Below the pieces are notes generated by a model, which worked only from the letters and a program-made list of their open reading frames with translations, ran no database searches and was not told the origin of the DNA. Positions 51,825 through 55,864 of a stretch of 55,864 nucleotides of DNA are shown here, in pieces (positions within the stretch are counted from its first letter, which is position 1; each line of letters begins with the position of its first letter). A program made the position numbers and the translations under genes. The stretch covers positions 1 through 55,864 of the forward strand of contig CAJXZK010000001.1 in NCBI GenBank assembly GCA_913063055.1, read 5' to 3'. The DNA comes from an uncultured bacterium (GTDB lineage: Bacteria; Cyanobacteriota; Vampirovibrionia; Obscuribacterales; Obscuribacteraceae).

Positions 51825-52757
51825 CTAGCGAATTTCACTGCCAATGATCTCTTTCAAGCGCTTCAAACCACTGTGAACAGCTCTAGATACACCCATTTCA
51901 GACAAACCAAGAACATAGGCTGTTTCCTTTTGCGAAAGGTCATAGAAGAAAACAAACTCAACAATCTGTCTTGTTCTGTCACCAAGCCGCTTTAGAGCCT
52001 GAACAATTACTTCTCGCTCTTCTGAAGCACTAAACATATCTTGGCAACGCTTGTCTGGAACAACGTCACAAAGCGAGCGACGATCATCTCGCTCTTCTTC
52101 ATCAGCGCCAGAATCAAGTGAATCGTAGTGCAGGCGGGCTTCCCATGACTGCTGCGCTTCTAGAATATCTTCAACAGAAAAACCGGAATGCTGTGCCAAC
52201 TCGGCCACGGTGGGCGCACGATCAAGGGTCTTAGTAAGGCGCTCTTCAAGCTGGCTCAACTGGGCATTCATCTCAGTGAGGCGACGGGGCACCTGCACTA
52301 GTGAACAGTGATCGCGCAAATAGTGGCGAATCTCGCCGCGCACATAGCAAGTGGCCAAAGTGCGGAAACTTGCCGAGCGTGTGCGCATGGGGTCGTAATA
52401 CTTAATGGCCTTGAGCAAGCCAATTGAGCCCACCTGTACTAAATCTTCAAAACTATCAGGTTGATACTGACTGTATTTCCGGGCAATCTGTTTCACCAGA
52501 CTCATATGGGATCGCACTAACTGATCGGCTCCGGGCAGACCATTCGGTCCGACACCATCAGCTAACGAAATCACCGGCCGCATGCCAGAGCGGGAAATGC
52601 GGGGGCTAGAGCTAGCGTTAATCTCGCTCTTCTCGCTGCCGCCAACCATTTCTCTTTCGCAAACAGCAGAAACAGCGAATGCATTGCATCCGCTCAACAA
52701 AACTTCATCGCCAGCAATCACTTTTCTAGTCAAGGTCAAATCTCCCGCAATTTTCAT
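51825..52757 (-). CDS. RNA polymerase sigma factor, sigma-70 family group 3 (SigF/SigB-like)
   Basis: Region 2 DLVQVGSIGLLKAIKYYDP...YVRGEIRHYLRD, region 3 PTVAELAQHSGFS, and region 4 LSQKETAYVLGLSEMGVSRAVHSGLKRLKE. An N-terminal ~80 aa extension may be upstream of the true start. Confidence 0.9.
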   Translation of the reverse strand: MKIAGDLTLTRKVIAGDEVLLSGCNAFAVSAVCEREMVGGSEKSEINASSSPRISRSGMRPVISLADGVGPNGLPGADQLVRSHMSLVKQIARKYSQYQPDSFEDLVQVGSIGLLKAIKYYDPMRTRSASFRTLATCYVRGEIRHYLRDHCSLVQVPRRLTEMNAQLSQLEERLTKTLDRAPTVAELAQHSGFSVEDILEAQQSWEARLHYDSLDSGADEEERDDRRSLCDVVPDKRCQDMFSASEEREVIVQALKRLGDRTRQIVEFVFFYDLSQKETAYVLGLSEMGVSRAVHSGLKRLKEIIGSEIR

Positions 52758-52941
52758 CTAATTACGATTGACCCTGCACCCTCTCTCCAAGCCCCAGTAT
52801 CTAATCAGCCCCAAAACCACTATTCCCTTGACAACCACACTTTAAACCAACCCTTTTGCCCATAAAGTCACTCTCTCTAGCTAAATTGCCGGTTTTGGCT
52901 ACAATTGCACTAGTTCTAATACTTATAAGTAAGCGGTTCTA

Positions 52942-54993
52942 ATGAATAAGGCCACCAAGACAATTACAAAGATGAGAGTGCTCTGGGCCAAAGTACCGGC
53001 ACAAAAGCAGCTACTCTTCATGGGCCTGGCTTGCATTGCTGCTCTGGTAACCTTCACCGCCCGATTCTGGCTACAGCGAGCACAAGAATCAATTAACGAC
53101 TCTGTTGAGCAATTTGGCATGGGCTTTGCTCAAGCACTTGCTCGGGGCGGTGCTGAAGCCCTGACAAACTCTGGCGATTTGAAGAGTTTGAAATATTACA
53201 TTCTTACTCAGCGCGGCAAAATTAGAGCAATCGCCTACGTTATATATGAGGATATGGCCGGCAATATTTTGCTAAATCCCAATTCGCCTCAAGATTTAAA
53301 AAACATCTATCCCTATTACAAAGACTACAAAACCAATCCCGAAAACTTTATCGTTCCGGGCCAAAAGCTCAGCCCCAAAGGCTATCGCGCCATTACTCAC
53401 TTTGTCGTGCCGATGCGCAAAAACAACAAAGATCTTGGTCTTTGCTGGGTTGGCCTCGACAGCGAAGCCTTTACGATTCTTGGCACACAACAAGAAACCA
53501 CTAATTTCTTGATCAACATTTTCTGTCTAGTCGGTGCTCTCGGTGCCCTTGGTGTCTGGGCCAACTACGCCTTGATTAATGGACCACTGCGTACTCTATC
53601 CCAGGGCGCTAGCCAGATTGCCGCAGGGCACTTCGGCCACGTGATTAAAGTGCAACGCGCTGGCAAAGAAATCGACCAGCTCGTCAACGCCTTTAACTAC
53701 ATGTCTAATCGACTGCAGCTCTACGATAAACAGAACGTCGACAGCTTGATGGCTGAGCGTAACAAATTTATTTCTGAACGCAACAAGCTAGAACTAGTTC
53801 TGATGTCGATCGCCGACGGAGTTGTGGTGTGCGATCGCGATAACAAAGTACAAATTGTTAACCGCGCCGCCACTGAAATTTTCGACAAAGATGCCAAAGA
53901 CCTTGTGGGCAAGCCACTTGTCGTTTGCACTGAAGGGCCCGACCAACCACAAATTTGTCAGGTAGTGCAAGCCTTCACTGATACCACTATTGCCCCTGGT
54001 GCCTTAGAGCCTATCGTCGAACAAATTCAATTAGGTGAGCTCACAGTGCGTCTGCACATTGCCCCAATTATTCTCAACAAAGAATTTCTTGGCTCGGTAA
54101 TGATCATGCAAGACAACACAAAGCAAGCTGAACTAGAGCGCATGAAAGCAGAGTTCATGAGCAATGTCAGCCACGAACTGCGTACACCAATTACATCCAT
54201 TAAGAGCTATGTAGATACACTCTGCAACCACGGCGAAAAACTCGATCCCGAAATTCACAGAGAATTTCTCGAAATCATCGACAACGAAGCAGACCGCTTG
54301 ATGCACCTGGTCAATGACGTGCTCGAACTCTCTAAGTTTGAAGAAGCCGAGCGCGATATGGAAATGGTGCCAATGGACATTCACCGCGCCTGTGAATCGG
54401 CCGTGCGCTCACTCAACCTCATGGCCCGCGACCGCGGCATTGAGCTTGAACTAGTGCCTTATCCAAATATGCCGCTGGCCATACTTAACCAAGAATCAAT
54501 TGAACGAGTAATCATCAACTTGATCTCCAACGGTATCAAATACACTCCTGAAGGCGGAAAAGTCTCGGTGATTCTTGGCGTAACCGACAAAGAAATTGCC
54601 GTACATATTAAAGACACCGGCATCGGCATTCCCGAAGACTCTCTAGAGCATATCTTTGACCGCTTCTTCAGGGTGGAGAAGAAAGTCCACACTATTAAGG
54701 GCACCGGCCTGGGCTTAACCATCGTCACCAAAATTCTAGAAAAACACGAAGGCCGCATTACAGTCAGTTCATCTTTGGGTGAAGGATCAACCTTCAGCTT
54801 CTTTATTCCTTTTTATATAGATCCAGCCGTCAAACTTGCCCGAGTCGGTTCAGATAGCGAAAACGGCAACGGGGCCAATAGCGTAGGGAATAATGCGGGC
54901 AATACTGCCAGCACTAGCGGCAAAACAGAAACCAAAGCCGACAGCGAAAATGTAAAGGATAGCCAGGCCACTTCGAGCGAAGTATTGGGCTAA
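52942..54993 (+). CDS. sensor histidine kinase (TM - periplasmic domain - TM - HAMP - PAS - HisKA - HATPase_c)
   Basis: HAMP LRTLSQGASQIAAGHFGHVIKV...LVNAFNYMSNRL, PAS LELVLMSIADGVVVCD, H-box FMSNVSHELRTPITSI, N-box LISNGIKYTP, G-boxes DTGIGIP / GTGLGLTIV. Asn/Gly/Ser-rich tail. Confidence 0.92.
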   Translation: MNKATKTITKMRVLWAKVPAQKQLLFMGLACIAALVTFTARFWLQRAQESINDSVEQFGMGFAQALARGGAEALTNSGDLKSLKYYILTQRGKIRAIAYVIYEDMAGNILLNPNSPQDLKNIYPYYKDYKTNPENFIVPGQKLSPKGYRAITHFVVPMRKNNKDLGLCWVGLDSEAFTILGTQQETTNFLINIFCLVGALGALGVWANYALINGPLRTLSQGASQIAAGHFGHVIKVQRAGKEIDQLVNAFNYMSNRLQLYDKQNVDSLMAERNKFISERNKLELVLMSIADGVVVCDRDNKVQIVNRAATEIFDKDAKDLVGKPLVVCTEGPDQPQICQVVQAFTDTTIAPGALEPIVEQIQLGELTVRLHIAPIILNKEFLGSVMIMQDNTKQAELERMKAEFMSNVSHELRTPITSIKSYVDTLCNHGEKLDPEIHREFLEIIDNEADRLMHLVNDVLELSKFEEAERDMEMVPMDIHRACESAVRSLNLMARDRGIELELVPYPNMPLAILNQESIERVIINLISNGIKYTPEGGKVSVILGVTDKEIAVHIKDTGIGIPEDSLEHIFDRFFRVEKKVHTIKGTGLGLTIVTKILEKHEGRITVSSSLGEGSTFSFFIPFYIDPAVKLARVGSDSENGNGANSVGNNAGNTASTSGKTETKADSENVKDSQATSSEVLG

Positions 54994-55204
54994 ACAAAAA
55001 CTGGCCCAAGACACTGAAACGGCCAACACATATCCCCTGCAAGGCCCGCTGTATATGCGCCTGCTACCACCGGTAAATCCCCTGAACATTAGCAACTTAT
55101 CCATTTACATAGTGGGTTTTCAAGGATGGTCGTGTTATTATCGTTCCGTTGACAAGGTCTCTTTGGACTGGCGTCCTCGGGGCATCCACACTTGGAACTA
55201 CTGA

Positions 55205-55738
55205 ATGACCGCAAATAGCGGAAAGAAAGGAGGAGCAATCGGGTTGGTTAGAGCAATCTATCCAGGTTCGTTTGATCCTATGACCTTGGGCCACTTAGAT
55301 ATCGTTCAGCGAGCGAGCAAACTCTTCGATGAAGTGATTATGGCGGTGGTTGGTAATCCGGGAAAATCTCCCTTATTGCCAGTGGATGTGCGAAAGAGCC
55401 TTATTACGGAAGTAGTAAAAGACCTCAAAGGAGTCACAGTAGGAGAGTTTCAAGGACTGACAGTTAATTATGCGAAGGATAATGGGGTAACTATTCTCAT
55501 TCGCGGCCTACGAGCCATTTCCGACTTCGAAGCAGAACTAGGTATGGCCCAAGCAAATAAGCAACTTCTACCTGAACTAGAAACTATTTTTCTGATGACA
55601 AAAGCCGAGTATTCTTTTATTAGCTCCTCAACTGTGAAAGAAATCGCCCGCATGGGCGGAGACGTATCGCAATTCGTTCCACGTACTGTGAATGATCACC
55701 TTAAAGAGCATTTCAGCAGGGGTATCTACCAACAATGA
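55205..55738 (+). CDS. coaD: phosphopantetheine adenylyltransferase
   Basis: AIYPGSFDPMTLGHLDIVQRA (T/HxGH motif), LIRGLRAISDFEAE, and ISSSTVKEI are canonical CoaD blocks. TTG 55244 with a strong AAGGAGGAG upstream is a likely true start (ATG 55205 lacks an SD). Confidence 0.93.
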   Translation: MTANSGKKGGAIGLVRAIYPGSFDPMTLGHLDIVQRASKLFDEVIMAVVGNPGKSPLLPVDVRKSLITEVVKDLKGVTVGEFQGLTVNYAKDNGVTILIRGLRAISDFEAELGMAQANKQLLPELETIFLMTKAEYSFISSSTVKEIARMGGDVSQFVPRTVNDHLKEHFSRGIYQQ

Positions 55739-55795
55739 CCATGATCACTGCACCGACAGCCCAGGCAGCCAACACCTTCAAGCAAACTACAATCT
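55735..55795 (+). CDS. 5' fragment of an ORF truncated by the adapter (MTMITAPTAQAANTFKQTTI...)
   Basis: ATGA start/stop overlap with coaD. The reading frame runs into adapter sequence at 55796. Not identifiable. Confidence 0.3.
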
Positions 55796-55864
55796 CTGTC
55801 TCTTATACACATCTGACGCTGCCGACGAATAGAGAGGTGTAGATCTCGGTGGTCGCCGTATCAT
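55796..55864. other. Illumina Nextera adapter (i5/Read-1 side, reverse complement) including index
   Basis: CTGTCTCTTATACACATCT GACGCTGCCGACGA ATAGAGAG GTGTAGATCTCGGTGGTCGCCGTATCAT: mosaic end, Read-1 primer site, 8-nt index (reverse complement CTCTCTAT), and P5. Non-biological. Confidence 0.98.

Overview
This window is a shotgun-assembly contig. Both termini are Illumina Nextera adapter (1-27 and 55796-55864), so only about 28-55795 is biological. I count roughly 46 protein-coding genes on both strands, one tRNA-Pro(GGG), several strong hairpin terminators, and many short tandem repeats, both in-frame and intergenic. I see no rRNA, CRISPR array, transposase, integrase or prophage module. Genes recognised from sequence motifs: VIT+vWA protein, TPR proteins, MFS and NCS1-type transporters, group II PLP decarboxylase, GNAT, class II CCA-adding/poly(A) polymerase-family enzyme with HD domain, NPP-type phosphodiesterase, AmmeMemoRadiSam radical SAM enzyme (amrS), kdsC, FAD oxidoreductase, PAF-acetylhydrolase-like alpha/beta hydrolase, SWIM+SNF2 helicase, Fe/Mn superoxide dismutase, Rdx/SelW-like protein, cmk, FeS-type cryptochrome/photolyase relative, pyruvoyl SpeD-type decarboxylase, Ski2-like helicase, group-3 sigma factor, HAMP-PAS histidine kinase, and coaD. 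Between these sit many lineage-specific proteins with long low-complexity N-termini and no obvious signal peptide. The host looks like an uncultured Gram-negative bacterium (kdsC). A cyanobacteria-like or Melainabacteria-like origin is only a weak inference. No canonical defence or mobile system is evident. The candidates I would follow up are: (1) a translationally chained decarboxylase-GNAT-permease-DUF3592-like operon; (2) a CCA-adding enzyme carrying a ~500-aa N-terminal extension with an HExxH motif; (3) a protein built from four exact 98-aa MshEN-like (c-di-GMP-binding type) modules; (4) two paralogous HTH/coiled-coil proteins sharing a PW[WY]KR[IL]F tail; (5) a Ski2-like helicase translationally coupled to a SpeD-type decarboxylase; (6) candidate structured RNAs in two long intergenic regions. 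All functional calls come from motif reading by eye; no database search was possible.
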